Source: Felis catus (lineage: Eukaryota). From it: a stretch of 64,000 nt of DNA. The stretch is from assembly GCF_018350175.1 (NCBI RefSeq), contig NC_058368.1, forward strand, positions 231,758,001 through 231,822,000, read 5' to 3'. The notes beneath the pieces were generated by a model. That model was not told the DNA's origin and searched no databases. It was given only the letters and a program-made list of their open reading frames with translations. A program made the position numbers and the translations under genes. This document shows positions 1 to 12,962 of this stretch, piece after piece. Each line of letters begins with the position of its first letter. Within the stretch, counting starts at the first letter, position 1.

Positions 1-120
1 CCTCAAAATGTGATTTTTATAAGTCAAGGAATAATGAGGGGGATAGAGAATAAGACTGAGATAGTTCCATTCTTCTGTAAATTTTTACCCAAGAAAATAA
101 CAACCCCAAATCGTGTTTTC

Positions 121-334
121 TTTTTTTTTTTTTCAACGTTTATTTACTTTTGGGACAGAGAGAGACAGCATGAACGGGGGAGGGGCAGAGAGAGAGGGAG
201 ACACAGAATCGGAAACAGGCTCCAGGCTCTGAGCCATCAGCCCAGAGCCTGACGTGGGGCTCGAACTCACAGACCTCGAGATCATGACCTGGCTGAAGTC
301 AGACGCTTAACCGACTGCGCCACCCAGGAGCCCC
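121..334 (-). mobile_element. Can-SINE (young SINEC_Fc type)
   Basis: Reverse complement of tRNA-derived head, (CT)n and A tail; TSD gtgttttct. Confidence 0.95.
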
Positions 335-924
335 TGTGTTTTCTCTTAAAGGCATTATGTATTATTCCTACACAGCAAATGCAAGACGGGTGTTTTTTTT
401 TTTTTTTTCTAATTCCATACCTAGCTGAAGTTCAAGAGTCCTTTCAATTAGAGCTTCAGGCATGGAAATTCTTACGGAAAGTAATTTTAAACATTCTCAC
501 CTTCTTAGGATCTATTTTTGGAGGGGAATTTACATTTCTTGTTAATCTGCTCCAGATATGGTTTCAATGCTCTCAAGGCTCGCCACTGAAGTGACCTCGC
601 TGATCTGTCTGACTCAGCCTAGAGCTGGTGGGTGACCAGAAGATCATTTTCTAACCACCAAGCCAACTGACCTTCACGTTCAGAAATCACTACATAACCA
701 TGAGCAGGATTTTAGGAGCAAAGGTGATCGTGGGTCACATCGGGGAAAGAACAGTGGACTTGGAATATTTGGGAATCGTTCTTAGTTTTGGACTAATTTT
801 CAGGGATAGTGATTAAAATTTCAGGTAGTAATTGATGCAATATCCTGAGGTTTCTTTTCCTGACTTGTGCTGGAGGTTAAGATCCCAGGAGATTCAAATA
901 GAAAATAATAGGGGTGGGACTGTA

Positions 925-1960
925 GAGACATTGGAATATTTCTGCCATGTTGGCGGGAGTGTAAAATGGCGCAGCTGTTGCAAAAAACAATATGGCCGCT
1001 CCTCAAAAACTTAAAAATAGAACTATCGAATGAGCCAGCAATTCCACTTCTGGATATATACCTAAAAGGACTGAAAGTAGTTTCTCCAAGAGCCGTCTGT
1101 ACACCCACACTTGCAGCAGCATTATAAATACAGAAGCAAAATGTGGTCTCTACATACAAAATATCATTCAGCCTCAAAAAGTTAGAAAACTCTGACACAT
1201 GCTAATGACACGGATGAACCCGGAAAATATGCCAAGTGAAAGACTCTCTACAGGCCTGACATACAAGGGAAGCCATTTGACGTCTCTTCCCAAGTCAGCC
1301 TGACTGTAGAGAAACTTTATGCAAACCGAAAGCCTGATTTATGGCCCTTCACACAAGCATGGTGCCTCTGCTTTGTGAAGGACTAGTCTAAAGGAAAACC
1401 ACCTTGTCCCTGAGACATCGATCAATGCTCCTTCTCCCTGCACTCCTTTACAGCAAAACCTGTGATTCCTGCCTATATGGTAATCTGTAATCTTTTGAGG
1501 TCTTACAGATATAAAAAATATATAACCCTATAAAAACCGTTCATCCTCCGGAGCACTTTCTTCTCTGTGAAGAGCATGTTTCTCAGGCAGCTGTCTTACC
1601 TCGGTCTTGAATAAAACCCTTTTTCATACTTTTAGAGATTCTAAGAGGTTTGTTCGTTTTTACTTCAACCACGGTCATAAAGGTTAAATGCTGTATAATT
1701 CTACTCGCCCATGGTCTCTCGTCCAGAGAGACAGAAAAGAGAATGATACATGCCAGAGGCAAGGGTGTGGTGCGGATGGGGAGATAGTGTTTAACGGGGA
1801 CAGAGGTTCAGCTTTGCAAGATGTAAACAGCTCTGGAGATGAACGACTGCACAATAACGTGAGTGTAATTAATGCCACTGAACTGGTGGCATTAATGCCA
1901 CTGAACTGGTGGTTAAAATGTCAACTTTTAAGTTATGTATGTCTTAGCACAATTAAAATT
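925..1960 (+). mobile_element. Old L1 (L1MB-like) ORF2 end and 3'UTR, split by an LTR
   Basis: aaaatagaactatc..ccagcaattccacttctgg..; 3'UTR motif aatgccactgaact..ttaaaatg. Confidence 0.85.
1237..1670 (+). mobile_element. Probable solo ERV LTR inserted into the L1
   Basis: Interrupts colinear L1; starts TGAAAGA, ends near ttca/acca; TATAAAAA near 1529 and AATAAA near 1610; no clean TSD. Confidence 0.65.
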
Positions 1961-1962
1961 CG

Positions 1963-2183
1963 TTTTTTTTTTATTTTTCTTAAAGTTTATTATTTTTGAG
2001 AGAGACAGAGACAGGATGCGAGTGGATTAGGGGCAGAGAGAGAGGGAGACGCAGCATCTGAAACAGGCTCCAGGCTCTGAGCTATCAGCGCCGAGCCCGA
2101 CGCGGGGCTCAATCTCATGAGTTGTGAGATCATGACCTGACCTGAAGTCGGATGCTTAACCGACTGAGCCACCCAGGTGCCCC
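1963..2183 (-). mobile_element. Can-SINE (SINEC_Fc)
   Basis: Full-length antisense copy; TSD taaaatt(c/t)gttttt. Confidence 0.95.
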
Positions 2184-2267
2184 TAAAATTTGTTTTTAAA
2201 AAGTAAATGAAACAAAAAAGATCCCAGGAAATTCAGATTCTGAGAAACCATTCAAAGGTCGTTACGT

Positions 2268-2703
2268 TTGTCAAGGTATGTTAACTGTGAAACAAGCAAT
2301 CCCAAAACAGAGGTGGCTCCGTGCAATGACAGTTTATTTCTCACTCATGTTTCAATCCACTGTGAACTTGGTGAGGGCAGCTCAGTGGGTGGGGTATCTG
2401 CTTCCTACAATCAGTCAAGGAACCACACCCTTCCATCTTGTGGCCCCACCCTCCACTCTCCTCTAGCTCTTTGGAGCACTCTGTATCCACTGGGGAGAAG
2501 AAGAGAGTGAAGACAGTGCATAGGGTAGTTTTTACAGGTAGGCCTCAGAGTGGCACTCATCAGTCCTGGTTACATTCTACTGGGGGGAACTCTGTCACGG
2601 TGACACACACAATGCAAGGGACACTGGGAAATGTAGTTCAGCTGTGTGTCCAGAGGAGGAGGGGGTCTTAGATATTTGTGAGAACTGGGGATCTCTGCTA
2701 CAG
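2268..2703 (-). mobile_element. Old MaLR LTR (MLT1 family)
   Basis: gtttatttctcactcatg, ccttccatcttgtggc, tgcaaggggacactgggaaatgtagt motifs. Confidence 0.65.
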
Positions 2704-3279
2704 GTGAGTCCCACTACTAGGGCATATTTGATAAGCGTCTTGTGGAAGTAAGAGCTGCCATACTCCTAGTCACAATCCTGTAGGAAAGATATTTCGTACG
2801 GGAGCAGAGAGGTATGATGCCTACATGATTGGTCCCACCGTGTCCTTAGCATGATAATATATAGTCACGTGAATATACATATAATTATATCAATTAACCC
2901 ACATTTTGTTCTGGAGATCGATTGCATCGTTAATAAAAGACCTCTAAATTTTCTCCTGACATTCAGGGGAAGATTGACTTTTATGGTGACGGTCAGTAAT
3001 GACTGCTGAGTTCAGAGATGGGATGGGATGGAAAGCTGATCTGCACCACTGCTCAGCTGGGAATATGGAAGCCCAACCCCTAGGGGCTCATTTCCAGTGG
3101 CTAGACCACTTTCCTATCCTAGATGCTCTAGTACTGAGGTGAGTGGCAGTGGATAGAGAGGGTGAAGAGGGCTGCTGAGCCCCAGCCCCAGCTTCAGTGA
3201 GTCATAAATTGGCTTCTGGTCCCTGGAGTCTTCTCCATCCTCAAACCTTCACCCGTGTTAGTGAAGAGAGGCCTATACA

Positions 3280-3477
3280 GGGACGCCTGGGTGGCTCAGC
3301 TGGTTGAGCGTCTGACTTGATTTCGGCTCACGGTTCGTGAGATTGAGCCCCACGTCAGGTTCTATGCTGACAGCGCAGAGCCTGCTTGGGATTCTCTTTC
3401 TCTCTCTGCCCCTTCCCCACTCGTGCTTGCACTTGCTCTCTCAAAATAAGTAAAAAAAACCCAAAAAACAAAAAACA
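3280..3477 (+). mobile_element. Can-SINE with short internal deletion
   Basis: gggacgcctgggtggctcag head; TSD ccta(t/c)acagg. Confidence 0.93.
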
Positions 3478-3484
3478 ACCTACA

Positions 3485-4037
3485 CAGGCATACTTCACTT
3501 TATTACACTTCACTTTATTGTACTTCACATATACCACATTTTTGTAAATGGGATGTTCGTGGCATCCTGTATCTGGCAAATCTACCTGGGCCAATTTTCC
3601 AACAGCATTTGCTCACTTCATGCTTTCGTGGAACATCTTAGTGTTTCTTACCATATTTCTAACTTTTTCCCCATTATTATATTTGTTACGGTGATCTTTG
3701 GTCCATGATTAGGACTGGCTGGAAGTTCAGATACGGTTAACATTTTTTAGCAATTTAAAAAAAAATTTTTTTTAATGTTAATTTATTTTTTGGGAGAGAC
3801 TGAGACAGAATGCGAGTGGGTTAGGGCCAGAGAGAGGGAGACACAGAATCCGAAGCGGGCTCCAGGCTCTGAGCTGTCAGCACAGAGCCCGACACGGGGC
3901 TCGAACTCATGAGCTGTGAGATCATGACCTGAACTGAAGTCAGTCGCTCAACCGACTGAGCCACCCAGATGCCCTAGCAATTTTTTAATGAAAGTATGTA
4001 CATTGTCTTTTATAGATGTGATGCCATTGCACAACTA
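3485..4037 (+). mobile_element. Tigger1 internal-deletion derivative (Tigger1a_Car-like), right end truncated
   Basis: Starts caggcatac..ttcactttattg; jumps to the Tigger1 3' part cattttttagcaat..gtatgtacattg. Confidence 0.85.
3757..3974 (-). mobile_element. Can-SINE nested in Tigger
   Basis: Antisense full copy; TSD tagcaattt. Confidence 0.95.
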
Positions 4038-4442
4038 CCCAGAGTCAGTGCTGCACTTACTCAAATGGATTGAGCTGCAAATTCGCCTGTACTGACATTA
4101 TTCATATATTCATCAAACTTTGGGTTTGGGTTATAATCTTTTTAAAATGAGGCTTTAAGATTTGTTACAGATTTCTCTCTTAAATGTGCCTACGTTGACA
4201 TGAAAAACCTTCATGAATGTGTATCACTTCCCAATGTATTTTGTTTGTCAGATCAGAATTTAGCATGTTGGGTGATTTTAAGTAACACGCATGCTATTGA
4301 ATTATTTCACATTTTTCCACTGAAAATTCTTTCATCGCCTGTTCCTGGCTTGTCCATCCTTCTCCAACCCAAGTCCTTATCTCCTTCCATACCAGCACCT
4401 ATTGGGATAATGATTGACTCCACTGTTTAAAACAGAAATCTT

Positions 4443-4660
4443 GGGGTGCCTGGGTGGCTTAGTCAGTTAAGCGCCTGACTTCGGCTCAGGTCATGATCTT
4501 ATGGTTCATGAGTTTGAGCCCCATGTCGGGCTCTGTGGCGACAGCTTGGAGCCCGAAGCCTGCTTGGGATTCTGTGTCTCCCTCTCTTCCTGCCCCTCCC
4601 CTGCTCGCGCTGTGCTCTCTCTCTTTCTCTCAAAAATAAATACACATTAAAAAAAGAAAA
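4443..4660 (+). mobile_element. Can-SINE
   Basis: Head, CT tract and A tail; TSD aaaacagaa(a/g)tct. Confidence 0.95.
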
Positions 4661-5044
4661 TAAAACAGAAGTCTCTGCCCAGATTTATGTTAATTAAATT
4701 CAATAGCTCCATTGAAGATCAATTCAATGATGTATATATGAAACTGCTAACATTGTCCCTCCTTCTGGCTGCCCAGTTGACGATCTTGAGAACACCAGTC
4801 TGACAGTTCTGATGATGGAGTATGTTTAGTTTTTTTGTCTGGTCTCCACACCACCACACAACACAATTTTTGACACTTCTCATACTATGAGTCTGTCAGA
4901 AGCTCACGGAAGTCTTGATATTTCCTAAGTGTTCAAAACAATAGCCATTACAGGAATTGTTTCCCAACCAATCTGCAAGCTGCACTCTCTGTTGGACCTT
5001 TCCACAATGTCACTGATGAACGGATATAGTTTTTATTTTCATCA

Positions 5045-5390
5045 TTTACTTATGCATTCATTCAACAAAGGTTATTGAGCACCTATATGTACCAAGCACC
5101 ATCCGGTTACTGGGGATGCATCAATGGACGAAAACGGCCCCCGTTCTAATGGATTTTCAGATTCTAAGAAGAAGAATGAAAATTAGTATGTCTAATAGTG
5201 ATGAAGTGTTAGCAAAAAAAAAAAAAAAAAAGGTGGAGGGAGATGAAGCAGGGGGAGGGGGTAAGAAATGACGGTGGCATGGGTGGAGGAATTAGGTAAG
5301 GCCTTTTCGGTGAGGTGATACTTGATCTGAATTAGGAGAGGGCACGAATCACGAATCGCGGGTCTGGAAGAGTGCTCCAAGCATGCTGAA
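5045..5390 (-). mobile_element. L2 3' fragment
   Basis: cattcattcaacaaa..tattgagcacctatatgtaccaagcac is the antisense L2 3' terminus. Confidence 0.75.
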
Positions 5391-8272
5391 TCTCACGCTT
5401 CAGAGAGGGCCACCTGTGTACATCAGAGGGTCCACCCCGCGACTCAGTGCACCATACCCAGCAAACCCCATGCAAAGGCACAGGCATGTAATCACCAGTG
5501 TAACATATCCAGAGCTCCACAGAGGATCTAGAAACGTCGGGGTGGATCCATCTACCCTACATGGCCAGTAGTGCACAGGAAGTACGTCACACACATTGAA
5601 TTTTTATTTTGCTATTTTTTCCCCATACCATTTGCCCAGTGTTTTCCAGGGCAAACACGGGTGCTGATTTGGCAAAAACCCAACTTCTTTGATTTGGAAA
5701 AAAACGTTTCTTTTGGTGAAGGTAACCATTAATGAGCTTAGCATCTATATAATAAGATGGTAATTCTTAAGCTATGTTAGAGAAGATTTTCTTTCTATTA
5801 TCTAGCTCAGAAAATACAAATTTTTCTAGAGCTATCCTCTTTATTTGTGTAACTTGGGTAAGAATTGGCTGTCTCTAAAACTCCTTCTTGGAAATCACTA
5901 AATGTCTTCTATTCCTCTATTACTAATTTTATTTTTCATATAAAAATTTCCAGGACCAAGTGCAGACTGTATAACCATTTCCATTTAAGCTATAAACTGC
6001 TTATAATTAAGTTTGCCTTTTTTAATTGCATATTTATGTGCAGGTCATTATACCTGGTTCAAAATGCACATTGGTTAAGTCTTTTCAGTTTTAGATAAGA
6101 AATAAATGCCTACTATGTTTAAAAATGCGGCCTTTCCCCCCCAAATGAGGAATATTAGCTATTCTATTGGTCATGAATCTAACTTCAATAAAATTTTCTT
6201 TTGCTTGAAGGTATTGACAAGAGTGGATGTGGTTTGCATATTTTGACCTCTTAAATAACAAATGCAAAACAAATGTAAATGTGGTTTCACTTTTAATACA
6301 CTTTGGCATAGTGCAGAAGAGCTTGCTGGAACATGCGTGTGCATATTCGTGTTTCATTAAAAATCATATTTGAGACAGAGCTCACCCTAGGACATGTTAC
6401 TGCTGCCTTTTGATTGAATTATAGGAAACTGAGAAAATAGAAGCTGATAAAGTTACATTCCAGAGAGGTGATGGAGAAGCCATTACCAAGGAGTATTTGG
6501 GAAGCCGGAGCTGGAGTCTCCTTGAGACTGAGGTCATAAAATTAGAGTCAGCAAAATTCTCCACAAATCTTTCACAAATACTTGCAACTCTTGCTAACCA
6601 TTATACTTGTCCATAGAATATTTGCCAATTGTGGCAAAAAAAAAAAAAAAAAAAAATCATGGCAGATAACATGTTTCAAATGCAATTGTGAATAGTTCTT
6701 CCAGTAGACATATTAACATTCTTAACATTCTGTGGCTTCCACGCATTACCAGTGATGCATATGAATAAAAGGATGGCCTACTAGGTGCCCGGTAAGTATT
6801 CATTCAGCGGGCAGATACACAACAGCAATGCCAAAGATCTGGGTGCTCCGAGATACGTGATACGTCTGCTAAATGAACTCGTGGGACTCAAGATGGCTTT
6901 GAATTGTAAAGTTGCTTCTACGCTGCTTGGGTCAGGTGCTTTGGTGACGATGAGTCTCCGAGTGAAGCAAGTATCTCGAGCTTTCTTTCAACAGCCGGGA
7001 GTCGCCGACCTCACATCTAACTCCCTATCCGAACACGAGGTGAAGGAGTTTTACATCACCGGGGAGTGAGCTGGTGGAAAAGGGGTTTTCTGGAGGAGAA
7101 AGGCTTGAAGAGATCCTTCAGGAATGCCTGGGTGCCGGTGCTGCGCCCTCCCTCCGCGTGAGCGCGTGGCCTTGCTGGGGCTGAATTTGGTTTGAGATCC
7201 AAATGTTTGCCAGGTGTCCCGGGGCATAGAGGGTTAGTATCGATTCTTCCTAAATGATGATACAGGCCCTTAAGAGAAAAGGGCGCCAGAAGAAATTGAG
7301 GTTTTCGCTTTGGCAAGACCCTGCCTTGTAAACAACGTGTCATTCCTCCCTCGATATTAGGAGTGAGGGGCTGGTGGAAACTTAGCTGAGGCATCCCTTC
7401 TGCTTGAGGTAACCACCTCGTGTCCCTCAAGGCTCAGTGCATTGGGAACTTCATCCAACCTTACAGGGGGCGTGATTATGGCCTCTTCCTGTCAAACTTC
7501 AGCTCAGCGGAAATGATGCCACAAGGCGGTTCAACCTTAATGTGGATCCGACAGATTATTTGGGAGAAAGAAAGGCAGGAGAATAGTTTTCGTAAATCAG
7601 TTTTTAAAGCGGTTGGAAACTCAAACGAGGCCTCAGTGCCTGTCCCCAGCAATCTGGGTCAACGTGAGAGATTTGAGCTGCACTAATTATCAGTCCATAT
7701 AATTAAGAGCACGTTGGACAGTTCACTCCTCCTCCCCCACTCCACACCATCATGTTTCCACTGTCATATTTACTTTCTCTGTTGTAGATCAAAGCATGAT
7801 GCACTTTGAGTGTATCTGAGAACAATTACTCTTGGAATATATTTGCTCTCATCTTGTTTCTATAGCGAAAATTGCTTCTATTTCGTGATCGTGTGAATTC
7901 TGAGAAGGAAGTACGTTGTGTAAACCACCGTGTTAAGTCACAACTAGAAAAAAGAGAGTCCACTGAACCTAGGAAAAAACCTTACTCCTGATTGCTTAAT
8001 TGTTAACATCATCCAAATTTCCTCTGCTATAGTAGAATCTGTGATTATCTAAATTGTGTTTCATACCAGGCAGAAAGGATAGTTTTTTTAAAATCGGTAT
8101 TATCTATTTAGTTACAACAAGACAACCTTCAGATTAGTGGATAATTGAGGAAGGATAATATTTGATAAAATGACACTTCTATATTAACACTTAATATGTA
8201 TGTAGGGAGCCTTAAGTGTACAAAGATAAGTCTTAGTGATGTCAGAAAATTGGAATTAAAGATTTCCTTTAT

Positions 8273-8439
8273 GGGGCTCCTGGGTGATTCAGTTGTTAAG
8301 CATCTGACTTTGGCTCCGGTCATGATCTCACAGTTTGAGAGTTCAAGCCCTGCACTGGGCTCCGGGCTGACAGCTCAGAGCCTGGAGGCTGCTTTGGATT
8401 CTGTGTCCCCCTCTCTCTCTCTGCCCGTTCCCTGCTGGT

Positions 8440-8473
<34 letters not shown>

Positions 8474-8511
8474 AAAAATAAATAAACATTTAACAATTCA
8501 AAAAAAAAAAA
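8273..8511 (+). mobile_element. Can-SINE
   Basis: TSD aaag(a/g)tttcctttatg. Confidence 0.95.
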
Positions 8512-8535
8512 GGTTTCCTTTATGTTTTCCTTTCT

Positions 8536-8758
8536 TTTTAAAAAAATTTTTTTTTCAACGTTTATTTATTTTTGGGACAGAGAGAGATAGAGCATGAACG
8601 GGGGAGGGGCAGAGAGAGAGGGAGACACAGAATCGGAAACAGGCTCCAGGCTCTGAGCCATCAGCCCAGAGCCCGATGCGGGGCTCGAACTCCCGGACCG
8701 CGAGATCGTGACCTGGCTGAAGTCGGACGCTTAACCGACTGCGCCACCCAGGCACCCC
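8536..8758 (-). mobile_element. Can-SINE (young SINEC_Fc)
   Basis: Perfect 15-bp TSD tatgttttcctttct (8521-8535, 8759-8773); CpGs retained. Confidence 0.97.
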
Positions 8759-8813
8759 TATGTTTTCCTTTCTAATGTATTGTGATTGCAATTTAAAATA
8801 CTTTGGACTAAAC

Positions 8814-8996
8814 GTGCCTGGGTGGCTCAGTTGGTTGAGTGTCTGACTCTTGATTTCTGCTCCTGTCACGATCTCATGGTTCATGGGTTCGAACCCCACA
8901 TTGGGCTCTGTGCTGGGCATGAAGCCTGCTTAAGATTCTCTCTGTTTCTCTCTCTCTCTGCCTCTCTCCCCTGCTCATGCTCTCTGTCTCTAAAAT
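8814..8996 (+). mobile_element. Can-SINE (older subfamily)
   Basis: gtgcctgggtggctcagttggttgag..gcctgcttaagattctc. Confidence 0.92.
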
Positions 8997-10088
8997 TATA
9001 TATATACACAAATACCTAGAAAGCCTTAGGTACCATTGCTGGATATTCTTTCCTTTTCTCACATTTCGAGGAAGGATTGCAAATTCCTGTGTATATCCTT
9101 TGCAATCAACAGCAGTGGGATGGAGATACATGTATGTGGAGTTTATACAGCTTTTCCCAAAAGCATGGCCATTAGACATGTCTTGGGAGGACCCGTAGGC
9201 ACCACTGTCCCATCAATAGACCATATTTTATGCTCTCATGGAAGGTGCACTAGTCACCCCCAGGGGAAGTAAATCCACAGTTTTCCTTCTAAAATGCACA
9301 GCATCTGAATATTCTCTGGAACAAGGCATAGGGCATCATGCATCCTTTCTGAAATTCTACTCTCTCGTTTTTCATCCAATAAAGAGTCGGCACAAGTAAT
9401 CCCCAATATCCTTTGCAGATCTGACATGATGTGGTTCTATATTAAATTTGCCGTATTCAATTTCAAAAGCCAAGTTCATGTTTTTTTTCACATCCTCTGA
9501 ATTAGTGAGATTCATTTTATTTCCTGGTCACAGACCTTATTCTTCATCCTACTCATTTGTTCCACAAATGTCCACAAAATAATATTAGTTGATGGTGGGT
9601 AAATGGAATAATATTTTCTGCTGTAGGAAAAAATGTTATAAAGTTTATGTAGTGGTAAATTTTGCATAACAACATCTTTCTAAAGATGAGAAGCTATATT
9701 CATTTTTTTTGTTGCTACTCAGTCAGCAATGCTTATAGGGCATCCCCATATAGATCCATACATATGTATCTATTCCTGAATGCAGGGAATGGGGCCAACA
9801 TCCCTAAACCATGAAGCCTGGTCCCAGCTTCTAGGGAAACAAAGCAAGGAAAAACAATCTGGGTCTTCTAGGAATTGGAAAATTACATCTGGAGAAAGTT
9901 GGCTCAAGGAGGTGAGAAACAAGGTCCTAGACAGACTTCATTCATGAAAACCTGGAATGCTCAGTCTTAGCAAAGGAGATTTTGGCTCCTAGGATGAGAG
10001 AGAACCATTCAAGATTGGACCAGGGCAGAAATGGCACACAATGGATTTCAAAACCAGATATGCCTCTTCTTCATCCGTGTCTCCAATC

Positions 10089-10220
10089 CAGTGGTTGCAA
10101 CCAGCATATATGTGGATGCATATTAGAATCTACTGGACCGCACATCTTCTGGATGGAGTGTAGCCAGTCAGCATAGAGTGCCAGGGAAATTCTGTGCAGT
10201 TCAGAATGAATGAAACTTCT
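10089..10220. mobile_element. Possible MER5-type hAT remnant
   Basis: cagtggttgcaacc..gcatattagaatc; heavily degraded. Confidence 0.3.
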
Positions 10221-10544
10221 CATGCCCATATGGTAACCTTATGCTTTGCAAACCCTTCTTACAGCACAATAAAAATCTGAGCTTTCAGAGTGAGTATGTG
10301 AGGGGAAAGAAATAATTAAATGTATAAGGGAACCCCCAGAAAAGAAATCCGTAATTTTTTTCTAAAAAGTTCTACAAATATGTCTGAGACAACCATGAGT
10401 TCCGTGAAGGGAGCAGTCAACTTTAATTTAGAGATCACGGGTTCAAGCCCTGGGTACATTGTTAAATGACTGGCTTTGAGCACATCACTTCTCTGGCTCC
10501 AATGCCTCAATGTGAAAAGTGGAAAGAACATCTCTGCCTTTCTC

Positions 10545-11122
10545 TACAACACGCGGCTGTTAGATTCTAAGACGCCCAAAGTGACCAAAGCTCACTTCAG
10601 CAAAAGCTGGAAACTTATGGGTTCGTTTCAATGTCAAGGCCAACAGGAAGTGAAGGCTGGGTTGGGGGGGCTGAAGTATTCTGAGCCCTGGTCTTGCTCT
10701 GTCTTCTTTCAGCATGGCTGCTCTCCGCACAGAATCCGTTCTTAGACAGGTTCAAGTCTGCCTCTCATGGTGACAGAATGGCTGCCAACAGCACCAGAAA
10801 GACATCCTCTCTTCGAGGGAGAGGGACATTTTCCCGAGCCTGCCCATGCAAAAGTTCTGGGATTACCTCTGACTTGACAAATTTGGGCCTCATGCTCATT
10901 CCTGAGTGGATCATCCCTGGTCAGGTGAATGAAAATGTTAGCTGTCACACCTAGCTCATGTGCCTATTTCTGGATTTGGAGATGGGGAGTCCCAAATAAG
11001 GCACATAAACAAGAATGGAAGAGAGGTGGTTCTTCCAAAGAAAACCAGGGTAAAGGCAGCGGTGTGGGGGGCGGGGGGGCAGGTGGGATGTGTGCTGGGC
11101 AGGCAAAAAAAGCAGTTGTCCA
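10545..11122 (-). mobile_element. Old MaLR LTR (MLT1J/K/L-like)
   Basis: aatggctgccaacagcacc, ttgggcctcatgctcattcctga, gctgggcaggcaaaa motifs. Confidence 0.6.
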
Positions 11123-11179
11123 ATCTTCACGTGAAACCACGGAAAGGAATCTTCACCATTATTACGAGTGTTAACAGGG

Positions 11180-11395
11180 GAGCAGTGGTGCTGAATGGTT
11201 ACGGACACACATAGGATTTGAAGTCAGCTTGTGGTCCACATCTTGGAAACACTACTTTTTACTTGCATCCTGAGGGCAATATCCAATCCCCTGTGCACCT
11301 CAATTTAATAATCTCTAAAGTGGAGAGAACATTGACTTCATAGAGTTGTCAAAAGGGCAAACAGAGACAATGTCTGCCAATTGTTTAGCATTTTA
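11180..11395 (+). mobile_element. MIR
   Basis: Degenerate core cctgtgcacctcaatttaataatctctaaagtggag..cttcatagagttgt. Confidence 0.6.
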
Positions 11396-11434
11396 AGGGC
11401 TAAAGAAATGGTAAGTATTTTGCCCCTTCCCAAA

Positions 11435-11705
11435 AGCCCCCGGCCTCAGATGCTTTCACTGTGAATACTTTCCATCCCCCAAGAAACAGATAATTCCCAT
11501 GTTATTTCAATTTTCCGGTGCATAGAAAATAAGAAAAGCTTAACGATTTCTTGATAAACCCAGCATAACATGTATAATCAAATTTATCAAATAGACCCGT
11601 CTGTGTTGTAAATAAAGAAGTGAAATTTCTAAACGAAACAGCAAATAGAATCAGCCGTATGCAAAGAGATTAGGAAACCACGGCTAGTAGTGTAGACTTC
11701 AGGGA
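11435..11705 (+). mobile_element. Ancient L1 ORF2 (RT region) fragment
   Basis: ggcctcagatgctttcactgtgaat resembles the PGPDGFTGEF coding region; cagcaaatagaatc. Confidence 0.55.
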
Positions 11706-11864
11706 AGGAAGTGTTGGCTCACATATTCTGCTTTCGTCAGACTTCCTTCCACAAAGAGACGGGATCAGACAGGACAGTAAGGGTGACACGAATGCGCAAA
11801 CTGTTCTGTTTCTTATTTGTAGTGCTCAGACCTTCCCATTGGCAATCTCTTTCCTACGTAATCT

Positions 11865-12962
11865 TAACCAGTCTCACGACTTTAAGCATCATCTATACGC
11901 AGGTGAATTCCAAATGTGTATTTCCAGGCTTTGTAACTCCCTAGATTCCAGATCTCTCACCCACTGCTTAATAATCTCCCAACCTATATAACAGGCATCT
12001 CGGACAGAACACGTCCACAACAGAGCTCTTGATGTGAACCTTCGTCCAACCTCTCCCTTCTTGAAAAATGGCACCATCACTCACCAGTGGATCATGCCAA
12101 TGACCCAAGAGTAATTCTTATTTTTCTCTTTCCCCATCAAAGCCATCTGAAATCCCTGTTGGTTCTACCTTCAAAATATATTACCAATCCAGACACCTCT
12201 TTCTACTCTGTGCCACCAATCTGATTTAAGCCAACAATATCCCTTGCCTGGTCTGCAATAGCCTTCAGATTGGTTTTCCTGTCTCTGCTCTTGCCTTTTC
12301 CTGACCCCCAAGTCTGTCATCCAGAGTAAATGGTGTTGTTCTGGGGTTTTACGACAGCCCGGGTAAATGTTTTGGACATAGATCTGATTATGACAAATCC
12401 TCCCACTAACACACACATGCACACAAACCTTATGATGGCTTCCTGTCACACTGAGGATGCAATCTAGCTCTTACTGTGACCCACAGTCCTCCACAATCTG
12501 GCCATTTCTGCCCTTCTGCTCTCCTCACTTTGGGTTCTTCTCCTTGCTCATGCTTCTCCAGCAACTGCAAAGTTCGGTCCTTTGTTTTTCCAGAACACTT
12601 CAAGCTCTCTCTCTCTCTCTCTCTCTCTTTGACTCAAGAGGGCATCACCATCTCCTGCCCTCTGTTCATCTCCCAGACATCCAGAGACAATCCTTTCTCA
12701 TTCGGTTCTCTTTCCAATGATCATCACCTCCTCTCTGGGAAAGTTTACCTCCTCTGAGCACGCTCTCTAAAATGGCACCTCTCCCTATGTTACCCGGAAG
12801 TATTTCTTTCTCTCCTCGCTTAATTCTTCTCCTCCCCAGCAGATTACCAAAAGGTAATTTCCAAGATGACAGAGACTTTGACTGTCTTGTGCATTACTAC
12901 GTATTCCATGCTGCAATAGTGCCTCATTTCATAACACATACAGTAAATGTGTGTTGACATAT
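11865..12962 (+). mobile_element. L2 3' portion
   Basis: catctatacgcaggtgaattccaaat, aaatggcaccatc, ttctaccttcaaaatata, ends gtaaatgtgtgttga. Confidence 0.8.
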
